Assembly (NCBI RefSeq): GCF_018350175.1
Contig: NC_058368.1
Span: forward strand, 70,248,001 to 70,312,000
Direction: 5' to 3'
DNA from: Felis catus
Lineage: Eukaryota
DNA: 64,000 bases
Shown here: piece after piece, positions 36,604 through 50,288 of the stretch
Numbering within the stretch: the first letter of the stretch is position 1
How the letters are laid out: the number at the start of each line of letters is the position of its first letter
Position numbers and translations under genes: made by a program
The notes under the pieces: generated by a model
The model's input: only the letters and a program-made list of their open reading frames with translations
The model's database searches: none
What the model was told of the DNA's origin: nothing

Positions 36604-37297
36604 AAGCAGTTCCCAAATCACTCAACTGGATTAAAAGCCAGATGTTGGTGCCCTCTGAGTAGCTATAAAATATGCCGGTGGAAGAGAGAACCTCTAAAGT
36701 CACCATTTGTACTGTACCCAAATGAAGGCTGGTGAAAAGATTTTAGTAAGTGTTTTTCTTTCTAACAACATAAGAAGGGAGAGTTCTGTTTGAGCTAAAT
36801 ATATTCTTGGCTCAGTATAGAAATCTAATGGTCCCTTTGTGATCATTTAGAGGTGGTGAAAGTGATTAAAGCAGTTTGTTTAAAAAAACAGTTTATTAAA
36901 TGTTTTCTCTCACTGCAGTTAGAACTAGATGGATGATACATGGAATTTGCTTATGTCAAAAATACATAATGCTTTTACCTCAAAGAGAAAAAAAAAGCAT
37001 ATTACTTTCAGCAATATACCTTAATACCAACAAGCTGCAATACGAGAAGATACTTTTTTGGTATCCTTAATTCACAGCTTTGTCGAAGAAGTTTCACATA
37101 TATTGTCAACTTTTTATCAGGGCATTGTCATAGGTTCCCAATATTTGTTGTGTCAAGTAACAATACAAAAATACAAAAAAAAAACCCAAATAACATTAAT
37201 CACTACCAACATTTCATAAAGAAGGGTTATTGAAAACACACACGTAAACACACTTGAAACCAGAAATGACAATCTTAGAACTTTTTTTTAAAAAAGC

Positions 37298-37510
37298 TTT
37301 TATTTTTTTAATGTTTATTTTTGAGACAGAGAGAGAGAGAGCGAGCATGAACAGGAGCAGGGCAGAGAGAGAGGGAGAGAGAGAGAATCCCAAGCAGGCT
37401 CCGTGCTGTCAGCACAGAGCCAGACACGGGACTTGAACCTATGAACTGAGACCATGACCTGAGCCGAAATTGAGTCAAACACTTAACCAACTGAGTCGCC
37501 CAAGCACCCC
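37298..37510 (-). mobile_element. Can-SINE
   Basis: Full-length. Confidence 0.92.
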
Positions 37511-37711
37511 TTTAAAAAGATTTTAAATTTGTAAGAGCTCACTACATTTTCCTTATTCTCCTCATTTCCACACAGATCAGAAAAAGCTTTGTCACGGTCT
37601 GAGGACCAGCCCTCGGGAACCAAGGAGGGAGGCAATCAAATGCTCACAGGAGTTGACGGGGATCACCTAGCTCCCTGCAAAGGGAGGTTTGCACTGGCTC
37701 TAAAAGTAGAA

Positions 37712-37865
37712 TTAAGGGAGCTTCCGGGCTGGTGGCACGTGAGAGGGGTGGAGAGTGGTGGGCTCAGAGAAAGCGTGGAAGCTCCGTGGCGCCTTCCCCA
37801 CAGCTTGCCCTTCCCCACAACCTTGCCCTGTGCATCTCTTCCCTCCGGCCATTCTTCAGTTCAGA
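37712..37865 (+). mobile_element. MER21-like LTR, middle fragment
   Basis: Similar to 49846-49975 (gagcttc.ggg..ggtg..cac....gagg; tggaagctc; ttgccct.tg). Confidence 0.65.
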
Positions 37866-38098
37866 TGCTGCAAAGGGCGAAGCCATATATTGTTGACACC
37901 ACTCCTGCTCTTGGAACCTGACAAGAATAGAAGCCTGCAAACCTGAGTGGCCTTGCCCCGGGGGCATTTTCATAGGACGCGCTGATGGACTGGATGGTTA
38001 CTAATGACTGAACAAGATTCCAGTAATGTGCCAGGACCCTTTGACCTTTAGGAATGTTTTCTTAGAAGAGATCCTTGTTCAAAGCCCAGGAGGTGAAC

Positions 38099-38652
38099 TG
38101 TGATATCGCAAATTATAATAAGAAATATATATTTGCGGGGACCCTAGGTGGCTCAGTCGGTTGGGCGTCCAACTTCAGCTCAGGTCACGATCTCGTGGTC
38201 CCGTGAGTTCGAGCCCCACGTCGGGCTCTGGGCTGATGGCTCAGAGCCTGGAGCCTGCTTCAGATTCTGTGTCTCCCTCTCTCTCTGCCCCTCCCCCGTT
38301 CATGCTCTGTCTCTCTCTGTCTCAAAAATAAATAAACGTTAAAAAAAAAAAAAAGAAATATATATTTGCGGGGCACCTGGGTGGCTCAGTCAGTTAAGTG
38401 TCCGACTCTTGGTTTCAGCTCAGGTCATGATCTCATCGTTCGTGAGTTCTAGCCCCGTGTCGGGCTCTGCACTGACAGCGCAGAACCTGCTTGGGATTCT
38501 GTCTCTCCCTCTCTCTGTCCCTCCCCTGCTCATGCTCGCTCTGTCTCTCTCTCTCTCAAAAATAAATAAATAAACTTTTAAAGAATTAAATAAATACATA
38601 TTTCGTTATATGTTTGGTCTTTATTCCCTTTCTGACACAGAGCTCCTTTAAA
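38099..38652 (+). mobile_element. MER21-like LTR 5' fragment containing two tandem Can-SINEs (38137-38352 and 38370-38588)
   Basis: tgtgatat...ataataagaaatatatatttg matches the start of the LTR at 49506. Perfect 17-bp TSD aagaaatatatatttgc. Confidence 0.85.
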
Positions 38653-38695
38653 AAAACTAAAAATAACCACGTGATTATTTTTAACTAAAAAATGA

Positions 38696-38858
38696 CCACC
38701 TGGGTGGCTCAGTCGGCTAAGTGTCCAACTTTGGCCTAGGTCATGATCTTGCCATTCCTGAGTTCAAGCCCTGCATCGGGCTCTGTGCTGACAGCTCAGA
38801 GCCTGGAGCCTGTTTTGGATTCTGTGTCTCCCTCTCTCTCTGCCCCTCCCCGACTCAC

Positions 38859-38904
<46 letters not shown>

Positions 38905-38950
38905 TAAAAATAAATAAATATTAAAAAATAATAATAATAAAAAATAATTA
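38696..38950 (+). mobile_element. Can-SINE with internal (TG)n microsatellite at about 38863-38903
   Basis: SINE body with a long TG array before the tail. Confidence 0.92.
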
Positions 38951-39236
38951 AAAACTGGACTGTTGCTTCAAAATTAAATTAAACAAACAAAACAAAACAA
39001 AACAAAAACAACAACAATGAGCCAGACTTCATTTACTTCAGAAACATCCAAAATGAAATGCCCAAGGCAGGTGAAATGCTGCTGGCCTGAGTCTCAGCAG
39101 AAGCTGGGGTGTGCCCACCATCTCCTGGGGCGGAACTCTGATGCTGAGGGGCACCCGCTGCCGCCCGTCTTGGCCGTGTCTGCAGCACTTACCCTTTGAA
39201 CTACAGACTGAACCCAAAGCATCAGATAGTCTAATC

Positions 39237-39455
39237 TAGTGGTTTTCAAACGGGAGCAATCTTACCCTCTTCTGGGGAGCACCTGGCAATATCTGGAGAC
39301 GATTTTAGTTCTGTTTTGTGGAAGAAAGGGGGTTGATACTGGTATCTAGTGGGTAGAGGCCAGGGACTCTGCTAAATATCCTACAATGCCCAAGTCAGTC
39401 CCTACAACAAAGATTTATCCACCCAAAATGTTTAGTGCTGAGACTAAGAAACCCT
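39237..39455 (+). mobile_element. MER20 hAT-Charlie MITE
   Basis: tagtggttttcaa..tggcaatatctggagac..tggtatctagtgggtagaggccaggga..tgctaaa.atcctacaatgc. Confidence 0.88.
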
Positions 39456-39924
39456 ATACTAATCTTCTCAGAAAAATTAGTTCTCAAATGCACAGACCTC
39501 CTTCTGCAACAAGAAAACATTCACCTCAAGAGTTCAGTATATTCATCCTATCATCACACTTTTATATAATCATAATTATATAAAATCATATTATATATGT
39601 AAATATATTTACAACTATGTCCCTGGTCAAGGTTGATTAATTATCTATGTTCCTTCTTCCCAGTCGTGCACCTAATACCATAATGTCTTTTCTTTCTACA
39701 TATCAAGTGGTAGTTCTTTCCCGTTCTTTTCATACCTTCTTTTGCATGACTTCTGGAAAAGAACTAGGACACGCTTAGCAAAAATTCATGGTAACCAATG
39801 GATTATTATACATGGTAACCAATTTTTTGCATTTAAAAATATATAATTATTACATTTTAGAATAGTATATTCTAGAAGCCCAACAATATTCCACATTAAG
39901 TTTCATGTTTCTGTTCACTTTAAC

Positions 39925-40017
39925 TTTTAAGTAGGCTCCACACCCAACATGGGGTTTGAAATCATGACCCTGAGATTGAGAGTCACACGTTCTATCAACT
40001 GCACCAGCCAGGTGCCC
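39925..40017 (-). mobile_element. Short, older Can-SINE
   Basis: tRNA-like head only. TSD tgtttc..ttcactttaa. Confidence 0.82.
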
Positions 40018-40550
40018 TGTTTCCATTCACTTTAAATCATAAATAAGTAAAAACCTATAAGAAGCTAGTGAGATATGGTGACTACCACTTTACAAATAGG
40101 AAATTGTGTTCTAAGGAAATGTATGCATAGAAAAAAAGTCACTAGAATCTGAATCATGCTGTTAGAAATCTATCTGCTAGATGGGCAATGGTCATCTACC
40201 ATGGGGTTCAATGTGCAGGTCACCAAACTATCAAGGACACCAAGTCCAATCATGACAGAAACATCTTTTCCCAGGAGGGCATTTATCTGTAGACATTCTA
40301 TTAATATCATTCATTTATATAAAGCTAATGCCAGGGTACTGTGTCAAGTGATAACATTACAAGGGATCATCATATAATGCCACCAAGTAGGCTGGGAAAA
40401 AAGGAGGTCAGGGAGACCTGTTAACTGCCCAGGATTTCTACAAGCATACCTAGAGCTCACAATGGAATCATCCAGCAAGCAACTAGCCACAGAATTAGAC
40501 TAGAAGAAAAGAAGATGTTTAACCAATCTGGGGTCAAAAATGCCTTCTCA

Positions 40551-40780
40551 GGGTGCCTGGGTGGCGCAGTCGGTTAAGCGTCTGACTTCAGCCAGGTCAC
40601 GATCTCGCGGTCCATGAGTTCGAGCCCCGCGTCAGGCTCTGGGCTGATGGCTCGGAGCCTGGAGCCTGTTTCCGATTCTGTGTCTCCCTCTCTCTCTGCC
40701 CCTCCCCCGTTCATGCTCTGTCTCTCTCTGTCCCCAAAAATAAATAAACGTTGAAAAAAAAAATTAAAAAAAAAAAAAAA
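40551..40780 (+). mobile_element. Young SINEC_Fc
   Basis: Diagnostic head, long A tail. TSD aaaaa(t)gccttctc. Confidence 0.95.
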
Positions 40781-40856
40781 AAGCCTTCTCTGTGGCAGAT
40801 ACTCTTAAGCTGTGGCTAGAAAGAAGAGTGAATTCGAATAAAGAATGACTAAATTA

Positions 40857-41228
40857 GGGGTGCCTGGGTGGCTCAGTCAGTTAAGTTTCCGACTGCTTTT
40901 TTTTTTTAAGTGTATTTATTTATTTTGAGAGAGAGCACAAGCAGGGGAGGAGCAGAGAGGAGAGACAAATCCTAAGCAGGCTCCACGCCATCAGCACAGA
41001 GCTCAATGTGGGGCTCGAACCCAAGAACTGTGAGATCATAACCTGAGCAGAGATCAAGAGTAGGACGCTTAACCAACTGCACCACCAAAGTGCCCCATGA
41101 GCCTCTGACTCTTGATCTCAGTTCAGGTCAGGATCTCAGGGTCGAGAGTTCAAGCCCCACGTTGGACTCCACACTGGGCATGAAGCCAACTGTAAAAAAT
41201 AAATAAAAATAAAATAACAAAATAAAAT
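40857..41228 (+). mobile_element. Can-SINE with an inverted SINE (40897-41096, minus) nested in its head
   Basis: Outer TSD ataaaagaatgactRaattag. Outer sequence resumes at gactcttgatctcag. Confidence 0.88.
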
Positions 41229-41254
41229 AAAAGAATGACTGAATTAGTATGAGT

Positions 41255-41625
41255 TGGGGGTATATGTGCAAAGGTTCTGGGGCACAAAAGAGCTCACTCA
41301 CCCTTTTGGGGAGCTGAAACGTAGCCCATGCAGTTTCAGCACAATGGTCCAGGGGAGAATAGCATATGCTAAACCTGGTAGGGTAAACAGAGTGCAGATA
41401 CACTGATAGATGTATTAAGGATTTTTGTTTTAGCCTGAGCTAAATGGGAAGCCATTGAAGGGCTTTAAGCAGAAAATGTCACATGGCCATAGGTACATGA
41501 GGATGAGAACTGAGCTTCAGATGCAGATACGGTAGGAGACCACAAACCAGCAGGTGGTAGTTGAAACAATCAAAGTGAGTGACATCACTTAAGAAGATGC
41601 TCACCAAGGACAGAGCCCTGAGCAA
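41255..41625 (-). mobile_element. L2 fragment
   Basis: aatgggaagccattgaagggctttaagcag motif. Confidence 0.65.
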
Positions 41626-44600
41626 CATGGGTGCTACTAATAATCACTACACACCCTCCCCATCTGTATCCACGGTGCAAACCAACACTACTACGACCAC
41701 GATCACACATCTTTTTCCAGATCCTGAGTACCGACAGCAATTCACCTAAGCTGACTTATACCTTCTAAAGTCATCCTGAGCTAAGATCAAGACTAGTATT
41801 ACCTAGTTACTTAACTTGTCATATATTTCTACCTCATACTCCAACTGAACTGTGCTTTATAGTTCCTTAATGATCTCTGTATATTCCAACAACCTATTTC
41901 AAAACCAACGAATTTCTGACCTGGAAGAGATAATCTAATGCAAATCTTCCTTTCCACAAGAGGAAAGGGTAGCTCATTAAGCAAGCTGGCCAAGGTCTGT
42001 CCACTCTGGTCACAGGCTGTTGTGTTGCAGAAGGATGACTATGGCCACTGCCTAATTTCCAGTGTAAATTTTTCTGTTTTATCATAGTAACTTGGACCTC
42101 AATTGCTCTGCCAATGGGAAAGCTAACAGCACAAGCCTGTTGGAAACTCCACCTGTGCCAAGCCTGATCTGTACCTATTTCTCAGATGGCTGAACAGAAA
42201 GAAGACAAGATGTATTTCTACCACCTCTGAACAGGAAAAGAGGCCTGCATGGGGGCACTTACTCTAGAATACATCTGCTTGGGGGATGGGTGTTGGGGGG
42301 GGGGGTCTGCCCAAGCTGCCTGAGGTGCCACACATCTGGGTAACTTAGGGAACACACAGCAAACGCACTTAGCTGAGGCCCTCCACAGAGGATTTCATGC
42401 CACCCACTCATTCCACAGCTGTCCTCCACTCCTCTGACAACTTCCGTCACTCTCTCAGCACTCCATCCGCAGGGCCCACCTCTTTGTCCTTAGACTATTT
42501 TCCAGGGTGTGCTGGGCTCAGCCACCAGGGTTTCTTCCTGGGAATTCACTTTCCCTGTCTCTGTGCTTTGCTGATTCACAGCTCATCAGGATGAAGTGTA
42601 AAGTCCTGAATGGTCAGGAATTCTCCAGATTTGGAGCATCTCTGTTATATCACAGAAAACACTTTCTAACCTCATAATTAGAGAGGGCTTTGCTCCGCCT
42701 AGGTGTGGTACCGGCCCAGTCTAACCTCTGCCAACATGACAAAGCCCTGCTAAATCCCCACAATCCTCTTTGCAAAAGCCCCAAGGAGTTTCTCAGACTG
42801 TGAGGCAGAGGCCAGTCTGCTTTGCCAAGGTGTGCTGCTCACCTAAAAATGTCCCGGATGGGAAAAAGGCTACACCACAGTGCCCACCCTGACAAGCTCC
42901 ACTTTTCCTTTGAATGTGGTTGGCCCTCTGTGGGTGAGTCACAGATGAGAACAGCTAACACAGGGCCTGCGCAGATGGCGGAGCCACAGGGCAGGGGTGA
43001 GGGGATGCATCACAGAGAAAAGCCACACAGGGTGTGACAAGACGGGACATACACACACTTCCGCATATGAGACCCACGTCACTAAATGAAGCAGAAGCCC
43101 GTAAAGGTAGGAATCGCCCCACCTTCATGGTTCCAATGTGCTCCCCTTAGGGTATCAGCTAAGGGCTGATCATTGGTCCTGGCAGACAGACAAATGGAAA
43201 AAGCCTGTCACCAATTATGTGATGAGAGCTTGAAGGCCCATTTTAACCTCGAGTGCACTTCCAGCACTCCTGGCCTCGGTTTCCATCTGAATCATGCAGG
43301 CAGAGTCCCAAGCCGAGCTGCCAAAATATTTCAGTTTCCAATCCAAGAGACTTGGTAAAATCCATAAAGGAGGAGAAATGTGATTCAGGGAGTACACTCT
43401 TAGTCAGCACTGCCTCCTTCTAAACCAACCTCCCTAACCCCCTCCCAAATGAGCTCTTAGTCTCTCTCTTACCTACTATAGTGACAACACCCTCTAAAAG
43501 AAGGTTCCCTGACTGCTAATAATCCAGCTGAAACTCAGGGCACACAACTCTTCTAGATCAGATTACTTCCTATTACTTCCAAAATAGTACTGGAGAGAGG
43601 TGATGGGGCAGGCTGTCATGTTGGACAATCCAAAGCCATCTATATTTGCTTATGGATTTAAGCACCCAGATTAATCTTTAGGGCTATTATCAAAATTAGT
43701 TTATATAATCCCAAACACACAGTGAGTGGGTGGTGGAGAAAGACAGCCACAATGTCCCTGGAAGGTCAAGGGGGAAAGAGAGGGAGGAGGAGGACCAACC
43801 TTAGAATCATGATTTTGTGACACAGATCATCCAACCACACATAAGAGGGTACATAGGAAGTCAAAGAAAGATTGGCATCAACTCCCCCTTTTACTTTCGT
43901 GATAAAAAGACCTAACCCAAACTCAGAGTTCGGCATTAGAGGCTCATACATTTTGTGTATGTTGGAAACAAATGGCCTAAGTACTTTCCCAAAACCTAGT
44001 GTGGCAATTCTCTGCGTTCCTTCAACAGTCTTTCCAATCACTAATCCTGTTGTTCACAGACTCAGAGGGTGGGTATGTGGCCTGGAACAAAGGTTCATAG
44101 CAGCTTACGAACACACACACATAAACACACACACATGCTAGAAGGTGGCCAAAGACAGGATAGCAAAACGACATTTTTTAATAAGAAAAACAAAAATAGC
44201 TTTAAGCGTTTTTTAAAATTCATTTCCCAATAGAAGGAATTCTTACACGATGAACTCTCTTGTTTCAAGACTGTGTGGCTTTCTCCAGAATTCTCTAATT
44301 GTCTGCGTCCAGCCAAGTCCTACATGTCTGGGGTTGCAGCTCAGACAACTTAAGCAGTCTTAAAGCTTATCCTCAACGTTTTTCTTCACATTTCTCTTTT
44401 TCAACAGAGGGTGGTTAGACATTATAAGAAATCAAAAAGGTTTTTAATGTTCTGGTGTAGCTAGAGGTTGTTTTCAAAATTAAGAGCATTACTGCCTGCT
44501 TTCCTTTGGACGGTGCCCAGCTTTTTTGATAAACACGCATCTGCAGAAACTATCAGAGTTTCCGCTTGTTTTACAACACCGGTCACAAGAGTATGATCTG

Positions 44601-46171
44601 GGCGGCAGCCTGCATCCTTCCAAACCACAACAGCCCATTCGAAAAGGTGGCTGAATTCTAAGGGTGAAAAGTGAAAACGGAAATTCAGCATGAACTCTCT
44701 TGTATCAAAGTTCCCAGAAATCATCAACGCACCTGCGTTTATCAATTTGGCAAAAAGATCCGGTGAAATCCTAGTCCAGTTAGTAGAAAAGAGAAACCAA
44801 AAATAAGACAATGATGACCACTTTCCAGGACTGGCTAAAACGTTCAGGGCTCTGCCTCTTTTCAGTCCTCATCCCACCCGACCCCCCAGCCAGAGTTATA
44901 AAAGTAGGATGATCTGGTCTGACTTAAGACTCTGGGAGAGAACACACATAGAAGGGGCTCCTACCTACCAACTTTGCTATAAATGCGCACTGGTCCTTTT
45001 AATAGCCCCTCTCTGGATTTTCTCCTGCCCTGATGCGTCCTTCTTAAGATGCAGCACTCAGTTCTAAACACAGACTCAGAGCACGAGCAGGCCATGCATT
45101 TAATGGGAAAGTAACATCTTCATGCTCTCTCTTTACAAGGCCCCAGCATTTGAGGCCCTTGATGCAGTTGCAGATTGCAGATATTTTCAGTTCACAAGAG
45201 CAGGAGCTGTCTTTCCAAAGCCAGGTGCTGGGTTCCCAAGCTCATCTTTCTGGGAGCTTAGGAGAGGAACTGGGTGGCCTGCAGGTGGCAAGTCACAGCA
45301 GAGAGGGTCCCCTGCCAAAAATCTCATGCCCTCCCTAATTAAACATCTGAAATTTGCTCTAGATAACCATACCCAGAAAACTCGCCTTCTTGGAAAAGAA
45401 GAAAAATGAGGTAAAAAATATTCTCCTTCTATGATCAAAACCCAAACCCAAACTCGGAGACTCAGGGGCATCCAAACCCCATTCACTCCACAGTTTGGAA
45501 ATAAATAACAGGCTGCTCCCAAATCCTTCATCATCACCTCCAGCACTACCCTTAGTTAGCAAACTCCCCTCTAAAATGCAAATACCCTTTGGGAGATAGA
45601 ATTGTTAGCTATTTATACCATGTGTGAGTGTTTTAATCAGATAAGAGCCCAACATCTAGCTGAGATCATTCACAGGCAGAGACTGACAGAAAAAGGAAGT
45701 GGGGGTGGAATTCTGGAACACTGAGGCTTAGGGGTGGGCTGGTGGCCGCACTGAGGATGAGGACTTTAGTAGGGGTTCCACGGCCAAGCGCAGGAGGAGG
45801 AGGGAGGACAACATTTTGCCCAAATATAACCTTGTCCTTGGCAGTGTCGGCAACCACCTCCCTGCAAGGAGAGGCTTTCCAGCCAGAATGATCAAAGACA
45901 CAGACTAAACAATGATTCTAGGGTCCTGTTCTCCACGCCCATCTTCCTGCTACAAAACTCATTTTGTAAGTTGTATCGGGAGAATTATCTAAACGTGCTG
46001 TCTTTTGCCTTACATTTCCCGGCTATTATAAAACCACTTTTAATCCCTATTAGGAAACCACATAAACTTGGTTGAAAAGGTTTCATTCTTGGTAAGAGGC
46101 TATAGGTAAAACAGCTCCCTGAAACTCTTTCTTCACAGGAAAAGCTGGAAGTGTTAGCAGTTCGTTGTCTA

Positions 46172-46389
46172 GGGGCGCCTGGCTGGCTCAGTCAGCTGAG
46201 GGTCCAACTCTTGGTTTCAGCTCAGGTCATGATTTCACGGTTTTGTGGGTTCGAGACCAAGTCGGGCTCTGAGCTGACAATGCAGAGCCCGCTTGGGATT
46301 CTCTCTCTCCCTCTCTCTCTCTGCCCCTCCACCACTCCTGCTGTCTCTCTCTCAAAAATAAATAAACCTTAAAATATTAAAAAAAAAAT
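46172..46389 (+). mobile_element. Can-SINE
   Basis: Full-length. TSD agttcRttgtcta. Confidence 0.92.
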
Positions 46390-46859
46390 AGTTCATTGTC
46401 TACATGGCTACCATTTCCTGTTGATAATCCAAGTAGAATATACTTTCATATTGTTATCCTCTTTTGGTCACGGAGAGGGCTAATATACCAAACCCCTCAC
46501 CCCACGAAAGCCCTTTGTAGCTTTTTTTTTTTTTTTTCTGTTTCTCTTGTGTGTTAAGAAGGCAGTGGAAGCAGGGTATCTTTTCTGCAGAAAAGTCTGA
46601 AAGCATGAACACCACATTAAGGTAACCCCTGGATTAACTTTAATTAGCTCTAACAGTCTTAACAGGATGACAACCAGCCTTTGGCTCAGAGAGAAGAGTC
46701 TGGGGACATCTGGACCTCCAGGAAGATGTAGACAGGGAAGGAGACAGGGAGCCTCAGACATCTACCATGAAGCAGGAGCAGGCTTAAGCTCCAGGACCCC
46801 CCTCGAAGGGGCCCCGCCCAAGGTCTTGCATCTAACCTGGTATTTATAATTTTCTTTCC

Positions 46860-47020
46860 TTTTTTTTTTGAGGAGAAGGAAGGGGGAGAGAGAATCTTAA
46901 GCAGGCTCCACGCCCAGCGCTGAGCCCCATTCGGGGCTCCATCTCACAATTTCTCCATGAGAAATGACCTGAGCTGAAATCGAGTCAGATGTGTAACTGA
47001 CTGAGCCACCCAGGCGCCCC
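46860..47020 (-). mobile_element. Can-SINE inserted in an ancient DNA-transposon remnant (about 46775-47110)
   Basis: SINE head at 47020. TSD tggtattt..aattttct. Confidence 0.88.
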
Positions 47021-47114
47021 TTGGTATTTGCAATTTTCTAGTAGTTTTCTTAAAGAGGGGCTCGAAATTGTAAATGCTCCAGGGCCCTCCAGAAGCTGGA
47101 TCTGTCCCTGACCT

Positions 47115-49490
47115 GAAGGTTTCTCAGGCATTGGAACTCACCAAGACCAGGAGTGAAGTCCTGATCTCCCCTCTCTGCTCTCACCAGCTGCACGGAGGCC
47201 CACTCTGCCCCACCCCTGCGGTGCCTGCATTTGATTAATGGCATCACCACCTCCCAAGTCAGGAGACCGGGTGTTGTTATTCCCACTCTCTCGCCTACTT
47301 CCAGTGTGCAGCGTTGAGCAAATTCTAGCTCCATAAAAAACCGCTGCAGTCTGACCCTTTCCCCCCATCCCCTCAATCAGAGGGTTTGCTTGGGGGTTCA
47401 GAGCTTTCACCCCTGGTCCCCCTGCCTCCAGTCTCTTCCTTTCTGCCCCTGACCCCACTCTGCCATAAGAAGGATGGTCTAAAATACCTTACAGTGGCTC
47501 CACAAGCTTCCGGACTGGAACACAGGGTGCTGGGCACATGAGGCAGCTCTTCAGGAACTGACCACCTCACTTCACACGCAGCTCTGAGCTTCCCTCCCTC
47601 CCCTGCACACCTCTGAACTCACCTTTCCCTTCTGATCAACACAGAGTCCCCCCAGCCATGCCTACACCCTAACCCCTTCAGGGTTTGTGTTCATCCTTCA
47701 CACCCAGCTCAGATGCCACCTTCTCTTCAATCCTTCTTGACCGATTGCCCCTGGTCACTGGTTCAGATTACCCTTTGATTTCTTGTGGATCCAGCCCTTT
47801 TTTCTACTAATGTTTGCTTTTGTCTCCCAAGCTAGATGGGGCTCCCTGTTCATCTTTGTCTCATCTTTTCTCCATTCTTCCATTGTTGTGGGGTTCATTC
47901 ATTTCTGAGTGCTTTTCCACATCCCATCGTGATTTCACCTTAATACTTGTGTCTGCTGTACTGAAAGACAGGACTTCAGGGTACCATGGTTAGGAACACA
48001 GGGCTCTGGAACTAAATCGCTGGTTTGAATCCCAGCTGTCCTACTCACTATGTGGCTGTAGACAATATTTACTTTATTTGGGTTCCTCCATTTCCCAATC
48101 TATAAAGTAAAGGTAACAAGAGTATCTACCTCATCAGGTTGTCCTAAGAATTAAATAAGTAAATGGACATAAAGAGCTTAGAACAGCACATGATAATTAG
48201 CGAATACTCAGTAAGTGTCAGCTAGTCTGATGGAGGAGAGGGTAGGGAGGAGGTGGAGAGGGGTGGCTTTCTTCAGTGACCCACTGTTTCCCCCACCCCA
48301 CTATATAAGCCCCTTCCAAAGAACAGAGAGGATACTTAACGTGAAAGTCTGTTGTGCTGAGAAGGACACTGTGCACACATTTCCTAAATGTTTCTGTGAA
48401 TAATAAAGATGACGCTGTCAGGGCACTGGAAGCAAGAGGCACATGCACAAACACACACAGGCAAAGTTCTTCAAGCTCTGAGTATTTAGCCGGCTATACT
48501 TCCATTTCCAAATGCAAACCAGGCTATCCTCTACCCCCCTGACCACTCAACTCCAGAGAGCGATTCCAGCTCCTTTTCCTTTGCACTTCCCAGGGCACTG
48601 TAGCCAGGACAGCGCACCCATTCCCATGCTAGAACCCACAGCTCTACCTGCAGCCTCAATGGTCACGACACACTGATCTACGGATGTCTCCTAACCTCAA
48701 ACTAGGGATGCCCCAAACCAAAATCCTCCCCTCCATCCCAACCCCCTCTGTCCCATTCCTTCAGCAGATGCCCTGGAGGTACGCACTTCAAACATCTGAA
48801 CACTCTTGACTCCTTCCCCTCTCTCTTCTGGACTTAACTGTCTCTTACATCCAGGTACTTCTCTCCATCTCCACTCCCATCTACTTTAATGAGGCCAACA
48901 TCACCTGTCACTCTGTTGCAAGGACCCCCTCCTTAGTGCCTCCACCTTCAGACCTCCCTTTCAACAATCCATCATTCACTCTGCAGTCTGAGTGATTTTG
49001 CTAAAACATCAGTCTGACCATGAGTTGCCTTGTCTAAAATCTTCAGTAAATGGCTCCCCTCCAATACTGGAATACAGTTCCAAAAGACCCACCGGGATCT
49101 GGTTACTTCCCTGCTTACCTCTCCAGCCCACTGGCCGCCAATGTACTCCCACAGTTGTCCAGCTCCATAAGCTCCCTCCAGCCTTGTGGAATTACTAGCA
49201 GCTCCAAGGAGGTCTCAGCTCTCCCTCCCTGGGAGGGAGAAATGCCCCTCACCTACCCCTTCACCTGGTACATTCTTCTCTTCCTTCAAGACTCAAGTTA
49301 GACATCACCTCCACCAGGAACATTCCCTGACTCTGCTCCGAAGGTGAACTAGGAGCGCCTCATAGATACTCTCATGGTAATTACACGTAACTTACCCCGT
49401 CACAGCTTGCATCCCACTTAGGAGCGCCTACCGGCTCTCTGACAGCACAAACTGTATTAGCAGGCATCCAATGAATACTTGAAAATTAAA
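47115..49490 (+). mobile_element. Degenerate L2 fragments with a MIR at about 47975-48220
   Basis: Pyrimidine-rich L2 motifs (aatggcatcaccacc; gagtgattttgctaaaac..tctgaccatg; cagctcagatgccacctt). MIR core tttgaatcccagct. Confidence 0.6.
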
Positions 49491-49505
49491 GAGAAAATGA
49501 GGAGG

Positions 49506-50288
49506 CGTAACATAATAAGAAATATATATTTGGTCTCTGCCCCAGTTTCTGGTACAAAGCTTCTAAAACTCTTAGAATTCCAAGAGTGATAGAGGAGCAT
49601 CTTTTGTTATTCATAATAAGCCCCATTCAACCTTATCTGAGTTTATGCTTATGAGATGACTCTTGGAGGCTGGTTGTCAGAGGAACCAACCAAGTGATTA
49701 GAGGGTAGGATCTTCCAGATCTGAAGCCTGACCTCAAGGGAGGGGAGAAGGGCAGGAGACTGAGCCCAATAACCAATGACCAATTATTTAATCGAGCATG
49801 CCCACATAATGGGGCCTCCATAAACACCCTAAATAAAGGGGTTCCAAGAGCTTCTGGGTCGGTGAACACATAGAGGTGTCAGGAGTGTGATGTGCCCAGA
49901 GAGGGTATGGAAGCTCTGTATCCTTTTCCCACACATTGCCCTATGTGTCACTTCCATTTGGCTGTTCCTGAATTACATCCTTTTTAATTAACCAGTTATA
50001 ACAAGTATTTTCCTGAGTACTGTGAGCATTTCCAGCAAATTATCTAACCCAAGGAAGGGGTCATGGGAACCCCAGATTTACAGCTGGCCAGTCAGATGTG
50101 TAGGTGACAAACTAGGACTTCAGACCAGCGTCTGAAATGGGGGCTGTCTCACGGGACTGAACCCTCAACCTCTGGGTCCTGTACTAACTCTAGGTAGTTA
50201 GTGCCCAAATTGTTTAATGTGGGGGGCAGTGGGGAAACCACACATTTATTGTCAGAAATGTTGTGAGTACAGGAAATAGTTCTTCACA
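49506..50288 (+). mobile_element. Near full-length MER21-like solo LTR
   Basis: aaatatatatttggtct start, accaatgaccaat..tttaatc box, ggggtcatgggaacccc, CA end. Family from recalled consensus. Confidence 0.8.

Noticed and set aside
44461..44811. 116-aa ORF with TACTAAC (44779-44785) and AG at 44771
   Set aside because: The branch-like motif is only about 8 nt from the AG and lies downstream of the pyrimidine tract. No convincing donor. Could at most be a QKI-type motif.
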